Below, in pieces: positions 28,034-37,878 of a DNA stretch of 64,000 bases (the stretch's first letter is position 1; each line of letters starts with the position of its first letter). The notes under the pieces were generated by a model that saw nothing but the letters and a program-made list of their open reading frames with translations, had not been told where the DNA came from and searched no databases. Both the position numbers and the translations under genes were made by a program. The DNA comes from an uncultured Lachnospiraceae bacterium (lineage in GTDB: Bacteria; Bacillota; Clostridia; Lachnospirales; Lachnospiraceae): NCBI GenBank assembly GCA_934438085.1, contig CAKSBC010000001.1, positions 161,997 through 225,996 on the forward strand. The letters run 5' to 3'.

Positions 28034-29785
28034 TCAAAATGCGCTGAGTCTGTACTTTCTTCCGTATTCTCTGAATTTTTCTCTGTAGTTTTCATCATCT
28101 GTGCGCATTTCTCTGAGTGCTTCATGCATATCAAGTTTGTTGTTTTTGCTTTCTATGATGCATACAGCTATATTTGAACAGTGATCTGCCACTCTCTCAA
28201 GATTGGTCAGAATATCATTTAACACAAAGCCTGAATCGACCGAGCAGCCGCCCTTTTGAAGTCTTATGATATGTCTTGATCTTATCTCCTCTTTGAGAAG
28301 GTCAATGTTTTGCTCCAAAGGCTCTACTGAAAATGCAGCTGACATGTCATTATCCTTAAATGCCTTTTCTGCAAGTCCCATTATCTCGATGACAGCATCA
28401 AAAATAACCCTTAAATCCCTGTTTGCCTCAACAGAAAAGCTGAGCTTCTTGTCCGTTATCTCGTCTGCCGAATCAGCCATGTTAAGACCGTGATCGGCTA
28501 TACGCTCAAAATCTCCTATTAGCTTGAGATATTTAGCTGCTGTGGCAGAATCATCCTCATTTATCTGCCTTGAGCTTAGCTTTATAAGATAATTGTTGAG
28601 CAGATCCTCATAATGATCCGTCTTATCCTCAAGCTTCTTTATATTATTTATTTTATCCTCATCGTAGCGTGTAATACAAGATAATCCGTCACGCATTGCT
28701 TCAAGTGAATAAGCGGACATCTTTATGAGCTGATTTCTGCACTGGTCAAGTGCGAGTGCAGGTGCAGAAAGAAGTCTTTCATCAAGCTTTGTGATGGTGT
28801 CAGGCTCTTCATTATCCGGAACGATATGGCATACAAGTCTCTCTAAAGCTCCTGCCATAGGGAACAAAAGAACTACGCAAAGCACGTTGAATATAGAATG
28901 TGCTACAGCTATACCAAACATGTCCGCACTTTGATCAAAAAGTGCCGGGGCAAACAGCAGTTTAACTATGCAGAATACGCTCAGCCATACAAGAGTTCCT
29001 ATTATATTAAAGGAAAGGTGCACAACAGCTGCTCTTTTGGCATTTTTATTTGTTCCGAAGGATGAAAGGATAGCTGTAATACAGGTTCCTATGTTTTGTC
29101 CCATGATTATAGGAACTGCGGCTCCGTAGCTGATGCCTCCGGTAGTTGCAAGAGCCTGAAGTATTCCGACTGAGGCTGAGGATGACTGTATTATTGCGGT
29201 CAGTGTCGCACCGGCAAGGACGCCAAGGATAGGATTTTTAAAGAGCAGGAAAAGCTGTGCAAACTGCGGCACCTCGCTGAGTCCCGATACAGATGAAGAC
29301 ATTGCCTCCATACCGTACATGAGCACCGCAAATCCTAAAAGGATAAGTCCGGTGTCCTTTTTCTTATCTCTTTTTGAGAACATATAGTACACGATACCTA
29401 TAAGAGCAAGCATCGGTGTAAATGAAGTTGGCTTTAAAAGTCTCATGAAAACATTGCTGCTTTCAATGCCTGCAAGACTTAATATCCATGCTGTTACGGT
29501 AGTTCCTATGTTTGCTCCCATTATGACATTGATTGCCTGCTTTAATGTCATTATTCCGGAGTTTACAAAGCCGACTACCATGACTGTCGTAGCTGACGAG
29601 CTCTGTATTATTGCAGTAACTACCAGTCCTGTAATAAGTCCGGTAAACCTGTTCGTAGTCATCTTGGCAACCAGCATCTTAAGTGAGCTTCCTGCACGTC
29701 TTTCAAGTGCCTGTCCCATAAGATTCATACCAAAGAGGAACAGTGAAAGACCACCTATAAGATTTAAAATGTCAAAAATGTCCAT
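28034..29785 (-). CDS. Na/Pi cotransporter family protein with a C-terminal PhoU-like domain
   Basis: Two Na_Pi_cotrans repeats (GANIGTTVTAW, GQNIGTCITA) and a helical PhoU-like C-terminus with ERIADH/ERVADH motifs. Confidence 0.9.
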   Translation of the reverse strand: MDIFDILNLIGGLSLFLFGMNLMGQALERRAGSSLKMLVAKMTTNRFTGLITGLVVTAIIQSSSATTVMVVGFVNSGIMTLKQAINVIMGANIGTTVTAWILSLAGIESSNVFMRLLKPTSFTPMLALIGIVYYMFSKRDKKKDTGLILLGFAVLMYGMEAMSSSVSGLSEVPQFAQLFLLFKNPILGVLAGATLTAIIQSSSASVGILQALATTGGISYGAAVPIIMGQNIGTCITAILSSFGTNKNAKRAAVVHLSFNIIGTLVWLSVFCIVKLLFAPALFDQSADMFGIAVAHSIFNVLCVVLLFPMAGALERLVCHIVPDNEEPDTITKLDERLLSAPALALDQCRNQLIKMSAYSLEAMRDGLSCITRYDEDKINNIKKLEDKTDHYEDLLNNYLIKLSSRQINEDDSATAAKYLKLIGDFERIADHGLNMADSADEITDKKLSFSVEANRDLRVIFDAVIEIMGLAEKAFKDNDMSAAFSVEPLEQNIDLLKEEIRSRHIIRLQKGGCSVDSGFVLNDILTNLERVADHCSNIAVCIIESKNNKLDMHEALREMRTDDENYREKFREYGRKYRLSAF

Positions 29786-29827
29786 ATAATTACCCGTTAG
29801 CCCTCTTTTTTTCTATACTGTTAATTC

Positions 29828-31177
29828 TTAGTTTCCTTCTGGAAAGCTGATCGTAAATGTACTTCCTTTGCCTTCTTTGCTGTCAAGGCTTACATCAGCA
29901 TTCATAATAAGTGCGGCATGCTTAACTATCGAAAGTCCGAGTCCTGTACCGCCGACTTCCTTTGAACGGCTCTTATCAACACGATAGAAGCGTTCAAAAA
30001 TACGGTCAATGCATTCCTTCGGAATACCTATTCCGGTATCGCTTACGGTAAGCACAACTCTGTCCGCATCCTTTGCAAGTTTAATATTCACCTCTCCGTT
30101 TTCATGATTATACTTAATTGCATTATCACAAAGGTTATAAACTATGCTGTGCAATAGCTGAGCTACTCCGTAAAGCTTAGTGCTGCTTCCTTCAAGATTC
30201 AGCTTTACATGCTGGGTCTCAGCTTCGGATTCAAGACTGTCTATAACATTTTCAGCTATTCTGTAAAGATCTGTTTCTTCCCACTGATAGCCGTATCCGC
30301 CGTTATCAAGCTTTGTAAGGTCTATAATGTCCTCTACTAAAGTGCTCAGTCTGTGCGACTCGGAATATATCTTTTCAGCAAACGGCTTAATATCCTCAGG
30401 CTTGACTATTCCTGCTTTTATAAGCTCCGCATAGCCTGAGATTGCCTGCAGCGGAGTCTTAAGCTCATGTGAAACATTTGCTGTAAATTCCTGTCTTATC
30501 TGCTCTGTTTTTTCAAGTGCCGCTCTGTCTGCCTTTAGCTGCTTCTGCTGAACATCTATGCGCTTCATCAAAGGCTCAAGCTCTTCATATATTTCATTTT
30601 TCATCGGCTCATCCAGATCCAGAGTGTTTATAGGCTCAATGATCCTTTTAGAAAGACTCGTTGCCAGACACAGTGACATTACTATCGCAAGCATTGCCAC
30701 TCCGCATATCGGAGCTGCAAATCCCATAAGAAGTGTCCATATCGTACTCTGAGCAAATGAAAGTCTTAAAACGGTTCCGTCCGGAAGGCGTCTTGCTGAA
30801 TACAAAAGCTTTTCCGATAAGGTTGAACTGTATCTTGCACTTTCGCCGTATCCTGTCTCAAATGCCTGCTTGATCTCAGCTCTTTCCAGATGGTTCTCCA
30901 TTTTTTCAGGATCGGCTTCATTATCATAAATAACGCTTCCGTCAGCATTCACCCAGGTAATACGATAGTCCGTTTTCTCGTCCAAACCTTCAAAGTATTC
31001 CTTGCCGTTAAGCATTACTCCCTGCGCTGCGAGATCCGTCTCATTTTTAAGCTGTCTCTTCTGTGAATTTGTAAAATAGCTTGTAAGCGCACCCATTATC
31101 AGGATAAGTGTTGCTATAAATACCGTAAGCGTTGCAAAGCATATCGATTTAAATATTTTTTTGTTCATACAAAACAT
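29828..31177 (-). CDS. Sensor histidine kinase (PhoR-like)
   Basis: Two TM segments, the H-box SHELKTPL, an N-box (LCDNAIKYN) and G-boxes (DTGIGI, GGTGLGLSIV). The start may be the ATG at 31168. Confidence 0.88.
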   Translation of the reverse strand: MFCMNKKIFKSICFATLTVFIATLILIMGALTSYFTNSQKRQLKNETDLAAQGVMLNGKEYFEGLDEKTDYRITWVNADGSVIYDNEADPEKMENHLERAEIKQAFETGYGESARYSSTLSEKLLYSARRLPDGTVLRLSFAQSTIWTLLMGFAAPICGVAMLAIVMSLCLATSLSKRIIEPINTLDLDEPMKNEIYEELEPLMKRIDVQQKQLKADRAALEKTEQIRQEFTANVSHELKTPLQAISGYAELIKAGIVKPEDIKPFAEKIYSESHRLSTLVEDIIDLTKLDNGGYGYQWEETDLYRIAENVIDSLESEAETQHVKLNLEGSSTKLYGVAQLLHSIVYNLCDNAIKYNHENGEVNIKLAKDADRVVLTVSDTGIGIPKECIDRIFERFYRVDKSRSKEVGGTGLGLSIVKHAALIMNADVSLDSKEGKGSTFTISFPEGN

Positions 31178-31266
31178 CTCTTTTCTGTTTGAACTGTTGT
31201 CATTACAGTAATTGACACGGAATGCCAGGATTATTCCATTGAGGCATGTGCGCTGTTCGCCTAAAC

Positions 31267-31950
31267 TCAGCCTTCTGCTGCTTCCTGATCCAATCTGTAG
31301 CCTACGCCTCTTACCGTTTTGATCACACTTCCTGCTTCTCCCAATTTCGTTCTGAGCGTACCGATATGAACATCAACAGTCCTGGTTTCCCCCATGTAGT
31401 CAGTTCCCCAGACTATGGACAAGAGCTGATCTCTGGTAAATACCTGCATTGGATTTTCCAGGAATAATTTAAGAAGATCAAATTCCTTTAACGTAAGTAT
31501 GATCTCGGATCTGCCGACATTTACTATATGTCTGCCTATATCCATGCTTATATCACCGCAGGTTAATATCCTCTCGGTCTGTTTTTTTCCGGTACGGCGA
31601 AGCACGGCTTTAACTCTTGAAACCATCTCCATCATGCCAAAAGGCTTTGCAAGATAATCATCGGCTCCTTTGTCAAGTCCCATGACCTTATCATATTCAG
31701 TACCCCTTGCTGTGGCCAGAATAACAGGAATATCTTCTGTGATCGGTGAGCTTTTAAGTCTGTTCAGTATGCTGAGGCCGTCTTCTCCCGGAAGCATTAT
31801 GTCCAATATGATAAGTTCCGGCTTTTTAAGCTTCATTGCAGCCCAAAACGGCACGCTGTCCGTAAAGCCTTCTGCTTCTATACCGCCTGCCTTAAGAGTG
31901 TATACCATCAGCTCTCTGATACTGTTATCATCTTCAACACAATAAATCAT
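31267..31950 (-). CDS. OmpR/PhoB-family response regulator
   Basis: Receiver domain (VEDD...LIILDIMLPGEDG...KPF) plus a winged-helix output domain (TVDVHIGTLRTKL...RGVGYRL). The ATG at 31950 is preceded by AAGAGGTGA. Confidence 0.92.
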   Translation of the reverse strand: MIYCVEDDNSIRELMVYTLKAGGIEAEGFTDSVPFWAAMKLKKPELIILDIMLPGEDGLSILNRLKSSPITEDIPVILATARGTEYDKVMGLDKGADDYLAKPFGMMEMVSRVKAVLRRTGKKQTERILTCGDISMDIGRHIVNVGRSEIILTLKEFDLLKLFLENPMQVFTRDQLLSIVWGTDYMGETRTVDVHIGTLRTKLGEAGSVIKTVRGVGYRLDQEAAEG

Positions 31951-31986
31951 CTGCCTCACCTCTTTTTAAAATTTATATCTTATTTA

Positions 31987-32026
31987 TGTAAAGCAGTTTA
32001 TCACAGAAATGTAAAATTTATGTAAA
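31987..32026 (-). promoter_or_regulatory. Pho-box-like direct repeats upstream of the response-regulator gene
   Basis: Minus-strand TTTACA hexamers lie at 31987-92, 32010-15 and 32021-26, spaced 11 and 23 nt apart. This matches the Firmicute PhoP consensus TT(A/T/C)ACA with helical phasing. Confidence 0.35.
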
Positions 32027-32187
32027 GTACGGGTTTTATGGCTTAAAATCAGCGTTATAGGGGATTACTGCCGGTTAAAAATCAATTTATAAAGCTTTTG
32101 TAAAATCAGAAAATCCGGAGATTAAAAAAGATCAACACCACATAAAGGTGTCAATCTTCATAATGATATTTACATGAGTAAATAATC

Positions 32188-32225
32188 TAAAGAACCCGCT
32201 ACCGGCTTTATAACCGATAACGGGT
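32188..32225 (-). terminator. Terminator downstream of the rubredoxin gene
   Basis: Minus strand reads ACCCGTTATCGG-N8-CCGGTAGCGGGT (two mismatches) followed by TCTTTAGATTATTT. Confidence 0.5.
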
Positions 32226-32238
32226 AATGTGATTATAA

Positions 32239-32394
32239 TTATTCAGCTTCAAACTGATCCTTTCCTACTCCGCAGAGAGGACATTCGAAATCAGCAGGAA
32301 GGTCTGTCCAAAGAGTTCCCGGAGCTATGTCCTTTTCAGGATATCCCTTTGCTTCATCATATTCCCATCCGCATACTGTACATACATATTTCAT
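32239..32394 (-). CDS. Rubredoxin (51 aa)
   Basis: Not in the ORF track. It translates to [51 protein letters not shown], with the two CxxCG knuckles. GGGAGA RBS upstream. Confidence 0.93.
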   Translation of the reverse strand: MKYVCTVCGWEYDEAKGYPEKDIAPGTLWTDLPADFECPLCGVGKDQFEAE

Positions 32395-32626
32395 TGTTAA
32401 TTCTCCCTTCTTTTAATAATATATTTATAAAAATAAAACGCCAAAAACTATTTTGTATACAGCCATGTCTGTTAATAATATTTTATCCGAATATCCTTAA
32501 GATTTAAACTGTATATACTTTATTTTTGATATCTTTATTATATCATTAAAATTAGAATAAATCCATTATTATATATTATTAATATGCATTATTTTTAGAA
32601 CATTTCTAAAAACGAATATTTACCGC

Positions 32627-33976
32627 TCAGGCATTACTTTTCCTCATAAAGTGAATTATAAGACCAATCAGATACCCAATCAAAGCCGGACAGAGCCAGC
32701 CAAGACCTATTCCTGAAAACGGTAAAATTCCGCCTATCATCTTAATGCTGCCGTCAAGGTTAAGCAGTGCTGTAACCTCTTCCGGCAAATTGCGGATAAG
32801 CTCATAAATCGCAGCTGCCAATGTAAAGCCTATTGCACTGTTTGTAACAAGTCTGTCGTGGCTGTATAGCTTAGCAGAAAGTGCCAGAACAATTATAACT
32901 ATCGCCAAAGGATAAAGGAACATAAGTACAGGGATTGAGAACTTAATAATGCTGTTAAGTCCAAGGTTTGAGAATAATAATGATATTCCGCTGAATAAAA
33001 CCACCCATTTCTTATAGGCTTTACCGCCTGTGAAAAGTGTAGAAAATGTCTCCGAACAGCTTGTAATAAGACCGACTGCTGTCTTAAGACATGCCAATGT
33101 TACGGTTGCCGCAAGCACGAATGCACCCAAACCTCCGAGATAATACTGTGCGATCTGATAGAGCGCAATACCTCCGTTTTCCGAAGTTTCCAATACGCCT
33201 CGGCTCTGTGTACCCATTACAGTTACAGCGATGTATATGATTGCCATAAATAAGCAGCTGAATACTCCGGCTTTTACAGTATTAACAGCTACCTCTCCGG
33301 GTTCTTCAATGCCAAGCCCCTTTATAACATTAACAACAACAATTCCGAAAGCAAGTCCGGCAAGTGCATCCATTGTGTTATAGCCCTCAAGAAATCCCGT
33401 AAAGAATGCCTTATCCACATATGCCCCTGAAGGAGCCACCTCCATAATATGTGCTGTAGGTGAAAGCAGTGAAACTATTAAAAGAACTCCGAGGAATGCA
33501 AGGAAGCAAGGGTTAAGTACCTTTCCTATCCATACAAGTATTTTTCCCGGACGAAGCGAGAAATAGAGTGCAAAGCCGAAGAAAACAACAGTGAAAAGGA
33601 AAAGATACAATCTTCCGTTTGCCTCCGGCAGAAGACGCTCAACGCCTACTGTGTAGGATGTTGTGGCACATCTCGGAATTGCGAAAAAAGGTCCTATTGT
33701 AAGATAAAGCACGACTGTAAAAAACATTCCGAACGGTTTATTGATCTTTGATGTAAGGTCGAACAGTCCGTTGCTGCGGCTTATGCCCAAAGCCGCAACA
33801 CCTAAGAGCGGAAGTCCTACTCCTGTAATCAGAAAGCCGTCTATTGCGCCCCATACATTGCTTCCGGCAAGCTGTCCCATGAATACAGGGAATATAAGAT
33901 TACCTGCACCGAAAAACATTCCGAACAGCATACTTGCCACATAAACATACTCTTTAAAACTCAGATTATGCTTCAT
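32627..33976 (-). CDS. brnQ: Branched-chain amino acid transport system II carrier (LIVCS family)
   Basis: The N-terminal FGMFFGAGNLIFPVFMGQLAG signature and about 12 TM segments. Confidence 0.92.
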   Translation of the reverse strand: MKHNLSFKEYVYVASMLFGMFFGAGNLIFPVFMGQLAGSNVWGAIDGFLITGVGLPLLGVAALGISRSNGLFDLTSKINKPFGMFFTVVLYLTIGPFFAIPRCATTSYTVGVERLLPEANGRLYLFLFTVVFFGFALYFSLRPGKILVWIGKVLNPCFLAFLGVLLIVSLLSPTAHIMEVAPSGAYVDKAFFTGFLEGYNTMDALAGLAFGIVVVNVIKGLGIEEPGEVAVNTVKAGVFSCLFMAIIYIAVTVMGTQSRGVLETSENGGIALYQIAQYYLGGLGAFVLAATVTLACLKTAVGLITSCSETFSTLFTGGKAYKKWVVLFSGISLLFSNLGLNSIIKFSIPVLMFLYPLAIVIIVLALSAKLYSHDRLVTNSAIGFTLAAAIYELIRNLPEEVTALLNLDGSIKMIGGILPFSGIGLGWLCPALIGYLIGLIIHFMRKSNA

Positions 33977-34154
33977 AATGTCCTCTCATAACTAATAAAA
34001 ATATATTTAACTTTAAGTATATACTAAAATTTGAGATGCGAGTATCTTTAAAGCAAATTATTATAACCACTTATTATGTGATAATCATATATGCAGTTAT
34101 AGTTATTATCAATATATAAGCCTGCATTTGAAATAATTCTATAAAAAACAAAAA

Positions 34155-34177
34155 GACACGACCTTTAAAGTCATGTC
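34155..34177 (-). terminator. Terminator after the DUF739-like gene
   Basis: Minus strand reads GACATGAC-TTTAAAG-GTCGTGTC followed by TTTTTGTTTTTTAT. Confidence 0.6.
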
Positions 34178-34278
34178 CAATTATAATAATTAACACTGTT
34201 CAATATTAATTAATTTTTAGTTTATACTCATTCGATTTATATTATTACATTTATTTTAGATGTAACAGTCTATATCAA

Positions 34279-34494
34279 TCAGGCTAAATGTCTGAAAAAA
34301 TAATCCTGTATGGCATCATGCTCGATATTAAGCAGTTCAACCGCCTTCGTTATCTCCGGTTGCTTCCAGAATACCTTATTGCTGAGCTTTAAGCTGCAGG
34401 TGCGTTCAGACCAATCCATTGCTTCTGCAAATACCTTCTGATTGCCGTAAACCTCAACTATCCTGCCCTTCAGTTTTCCGTAGTCATACCTCAT
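34279..34494 (-). CDS. DUF739-type phage-associated small regulator (Cro-like position)
   Basis: MRYDYGKLKGRIVEVYGNQKVFAEAMDWSERTCSLKLSNK matches the DUF739 pattern. The internal start is preceded by AGGGG. It is divergent from an XRE repressor gene. Confidence 0.65.
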   Translation of the reverse strand: MRYDYGKLKGRIVEVYGNQKVFAEAMDWSERTCSLKLSNKVFWKQPEITKAVELLNIEHDAIQDYFFRHLA

Positions 34495-34774
34495 ATAAGC
34501 GTTACCCCTGCTCTCAATGATGATCGTTTGTTCAATATCATTGAACATTTTTATAGTATCACTTCATTTTTTAAGTGTCAACACCACCAGGCTTGTTTAA
34601 ACTTATTCTTCATTACTTATTCAACATCTCTAAAATTTTCGCCCTTTTCATATTTAATCAAAGATACATATCCAACGATTCCAAAAACTTTGAATTTGTT
34701 CAATTTTAATGAATAATTTCTTGAATTTATACTTGAGTCATATTAATATGATTTAAGGAAAAGAGGGATTCTCA

Positions 34775-35245
34775 ATGAAGATCTTAAGCAAAAAAGCAAC
34801 AACAGCGGACAGACTTGCCGAATTAATGGATGAAATGAATATTCTTCAGGCTGATATTATCAGGATGGCAGCTCCGATATGTGCAAAATATAATATGAAG
34901 CTGTCCAGAAGTGACCTTTCACAATACATTTCCGGAAAGACTGAGCCCGGACAGGCAAAGCTTACCATTATTGCAGAGGCTTTAGGTGTTTCCGAAGCCT
35001 GGCTCATGGGATTCGATGTGCAAAAACATCCTTCCGGCATAAGCCTTGCCGAACCTTCATCTGTAAACAACAGCAAAACTGTTTATCAAACTGATCAGAA
35101 CAACCAGCAGCTTGTCGCTGACAGTGTTCCTCCTGACAGCTATTACGCAATGTCTCTGTTTTCACAGCTTTCCGCTGCTGATAAAAAGAAAATTACAAAC
35201 CTGATGAGAAAGCTATTATCCGGGAAAGCTTTATTTGAAGAGTAA
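34775..35245 (+). CDS. XRE-family HTH transcriptional regulator (cI-like)
   Basis: HTH_3-like segment LQADIIRMAA...LSRSDLSQYISGKTEPGQAKLTIIAEALGVSEAWLMG. RBS is AAGAGGGA. Confidence 0.8.
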   Translation: MKILSKKATTADRLAELMDEMNILQADIIRMAAPICAKYNMKLSRSDLSQYISGKTEPGQAKLTIIAEALGVSEAWLMGFDVQKHPSGISLAEPSSVNNSKTVYQTDQNNQQLVADSVPPDSYYAMSLFSQLSAADKKKITNLMRKLLSGKALFEE

Positions 35246-35368
35246 ATAATATCTTTGTTTATACTTGATCCTATAAACAGAGTCGAACTGTTGAATACGT
35301 TCAAAGTAAGAGTTCAAATCCGGCATAATTCGGAGAACAACTTATAAATGAATTGAGGTAATAAATCT

Positions 35369-36010
35369 ATGCTTATGAAAAAGGAGCGAGAGCTCATTGT
35401 AGAATTCGGAAAGAAAATGAGTAATGCCGGTCTTTGTCCCGGCACAAGCGGAAACCTGAGCATTCTTGACAGACAAAGCGGTTATATGGCTATAAGTCCT
35501 TCAGGAATCGATTATTTTGAAACTACTCCTAATGATATAGTCATACTTGATTTAGATGAAAATGTTATTGACGGATGCAGAAAGCCTTCAAGCGAAGCTT
35601 CTCTCCATGCAGAATTTTATAAGAAAAAACCGAATATTTCAGCTGTAGTTCACACTCATTCCATATACTGCACAGCTTTTGCAGTCCTTAACATGCCGTT
35701 AAAGGCTGTACATTTTGCAATAGGCTCTGCAGGTGCTCCTGAGGTTCCTTGTGCGCCGTACTGTCTCTTTGGTTCAAAGAAGCTTGCCCTTACGGCTCCC
35801 GAATACTGCAAGGACAGCAATGCTGTCCTCCTTGCAAATCACGGTATCGTCTGCTGCGGAACAGATATATCCTCGGCCTTCAGCCTTGCAGAAAATATGG
35901 AATATGTTGCAAAGCTTCAGTATCTTGCTATGTCCGTAGGTACACCGCAGCTTATCTCCGACTCCGAAATTGTTAAAGTATTAGAGCGCTTCAAAAGCTA
36001 CGGTCAGTAA
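35369..36010 (+). CDS. Class II aldolase/adducin family protein (fuculose-phosphate-aldolase-like)
   Basis: GTSGNLS, the metal-binding His pattern VVHTHS and LLANHG. Confidence 0.85.
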   Translation: MLMKKERELIVEFGKKMSNAGLCPGTSGNLSILDRQSGYMAISPSGIDYFETTPNDIVILDLDENVIDGCRKPSSEASLHAEFYKKKPNISAVVHTHSIYCTAFAVLNMPLKAVHFAIGSAGAPEVPCAPYCLFGSKKLALTAPEYCKDSNAVLLANHGIVCCGTDISSAFSLAENMEYVAKLQYLAMSVGTPQLISDSEIVKVLERFKSYGQ

Positions 36011-36085
36011 CCAAAAGCCGCGTTGCAGCTATAACTACTCAATAAATCAATAAGTTAGGTCAGCAATATAGTTTTGATTATAGCT

Positions 36086-36121
36086 AAAAGCCCCGGAATG
36101 TTACGGCATTCCGGGGCTTTT
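36086..36121. terminator. Bidirectional terminator between convergent genes
   Basis: AAAAGCCCCGGAATG-N6-CATTCCGGGGCTTTT. Confidence 0.85.
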
Positions 36122-36168
36122 GTATGTTACGGATATTTCTATCCTATGTAAGGGCTTATATTATGAAG

Positions 36169-36930
36169 TTACTTTACATAAAGTACGGCATCCAGCAACA
36201 GCTTGGTATAGTCGTGCTGAGGATGATCCATGATCTGCTCAGGTGTACCGATCTCAACGATCTCTCCATCCTTCATGATAGCCATTCTGTCACAGAAGGT
36301 TGAGCAGAGAGCCATATCGTGAGATACGAATATCATGGTAAGGCCGCGTTTTGCTCTAAGCTGCTGAAGATACTGAAGTATCATAGCCTGAGCTGAAACG
36401 TCAAGCGCAGATGTGATCTCATCGCAAAGGATCAGATTTGGCTCTGTTACAAGTGATCTTGCGATAGCCATACGCTGTACCTGTCCTCCGGAAAGCTGTC
36501 TCGGATAACGATCAGCAAGCTCCGGTGCAAGTCCCATGATCTGAATCATTGCCTCTATTCTTTTATCTGCATCATCCTGATTCTCAGCAAGAAGCTTGAG
36601 ATTCTCATGCATTGACTGTCTTATAGTCATCTTAGGATCAAAAGCAGCCTCTGAATCCTGGAAAATTATCTGGAACCAACGGCATACATCCTTTGGCTTT
36701 TTGCCTGTATATTCCTCTCCCTTAAAGAAGAGCTGTCCCTTTGTCAAAGGCTCGAGGCAGGCAATCAGGTTAAGCAGTACAGATTTACCGCAGCCTGACT
36801 CTCCTATGATACCAAGAACTTCGCCTTCTCTTAAGGAAATGCTGAGATCTGTAAGGACCTTATGTTCCTTCTTTCCTCTTCCATAGGATTTTGCAACATT
36901 TTTAACTTCCAAAATAGGTGTATCCATCAT
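36169..36930 (-). CDS. Peptide/nickel-type ABC transporter ATP-binding protein (OppF/DppF-like)
   Basis: Walker A GESGCGKS, signature LSGGQVQRMAIARSL and Walker B LILCDEITSALD. Confidence 0.9.
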   Translation of the reverse strand: MMDTPILEVKNVAKSYGRGKKEHKVLTDLSISLREGEVLGIIGESGCGKSVLLNLIACLEPLTKGQLFFKGEEYTGKKPKDVCRWFQIIFQDSEAAFDPKMTIRQSMHENLKLLAENQDDADKRIEAMIQIMGLAPELADRYPRQLSGGQVQRMAIARSLVTEPNLILCDEITSALDVSAQAMILQYLQQLRAKRGLTMIFVSHDMALCSTFCDRMAIMKDGEIVEIGTPEQIMDHPQHDYTKLLLDAVLYVK

Positions 36931-37877
36931 AAGCCTTCACCCATCCCTTCCGAACAGCTTGCAAAATGATCAGGTTCAACTTCCACAAGATTATATTTTC
37001 TTGTCTTGCATTCCTTGCATGCATACTTGCAGCGCGGCATGAAATTGCAGCCTTCCCATTCTGCACCGTCAAGCGGCGGTCTGCCTTCAAGTCCTACCGG
37101 CATCTTCCTGTCCTTGCCAGGAATAGCTGCAAGCAATGCTCTTGTATACGGATGTATAGGATTGTTGATTATCTTCTTAATAGATCCGTACTCAACCATG
37201 CGTCCCGCATACATAACACCTAATTTATCAGCGATATGAGAAGCAACACCCAGGTTATGTGTAATGAAAAGGATCGACCATCCTAATTCATCTCTAAGCT
37301 GTGCAAGCTCCTCGATAACCTCCTTCTGAGAAGTAACGTCAAGAACTGATGTTGCCTCGTCCGCAAGCATAAGCTTCGGCTTCTGTAAAACCGCAAGACC
37401 TATAGCCATTCTCTGGTTCATGCCTCCTGACATTTCCCATGGCTGATAGCTTAAGATATCCTCTGCATCAGGGAAATTAAGTCTCTTAAACACGTCTACA
37501 GCGTCTGCCTTAACAAATGGAAGTCCGTGACAGTTCATAGTTTCCTTGTACTGGATCTCGTAGCTTCTGATATTGTTAAAGGAGCCTCTTGTATTCTGAG
37601 GAACATAGCCTATCTGAGTACCGAGTATCTGACGTCTTTCCTCAACACCGAGTCTTGTAATGTCACGTCCGTCAAGGATAATATTTCCTTCCTGAACCTG
37701 TGCTCCAAGCTGCTTAAGTCCCAAAACTGCCTTTATAAGTGTAGACTTTCCACATCCTGACTCACCGGCGATACAAACGATCTCGCCCGGCTTAACCTTA
37801 AAGGAAACCTCTGTAATTATCTTAAATTGTCCGTATGTAACCGTGAGGTTGTTTATTTCAAGAATATTTTCAGCCAT
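36927..37877 (-). CDS. Peptide/nickel-type ABC transporter ATP-binding protein (OppD/DppD-like)
   Basis: Walker A GESGCGKST, signature MSGGMNQRMAIGLAV and a C-terminal oligopeptide-type extension with a Cys cluster. The likely start is MAENIL. Confidence 0.9.
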   Translation of the reverse strand: MAENILEINNLTVTYGQFKIITEVSFKVKPGEIVCIAGESGCGKSTLIKAVLGLKQLGAQVQEGNIILDGRDITRLGVEERRQILGTQIGYVPQNTRGSFNNIRSYEIQYKETMNCHGLPFVKADAVDVFKRLNFPDAEDILSYQPWEMSGGMNQRMAIGLAVLQKPKLMLADEATSVLDVTSQKEVIEELAQLRDELGWSILFITHNLGVASHIADKLGVMYAGRMVEYGSIKKIINNPIHPYTRALLAAIPGKDRKMPVGLEGRPPLDGAEWEGCNFMPRCKYACKECKTRKYNLVEVEPDHFASCSEGMGEGL

Positions 37878-37878
37878 A

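Noticed and set aside
33977-34278. A T-box or other riboswitch leader upstream of brnQ; also looked for in the ABC operon leader at 41346..41560.
   Set aside because: I could not find the conserved T-box sequence (AANNNGGGTGGTACCGCG-like), a specifier-loop architecture or any other riboswitch core I recognise. The regions are simply AT-rich. A covariance-model scan would be needed to be sure.
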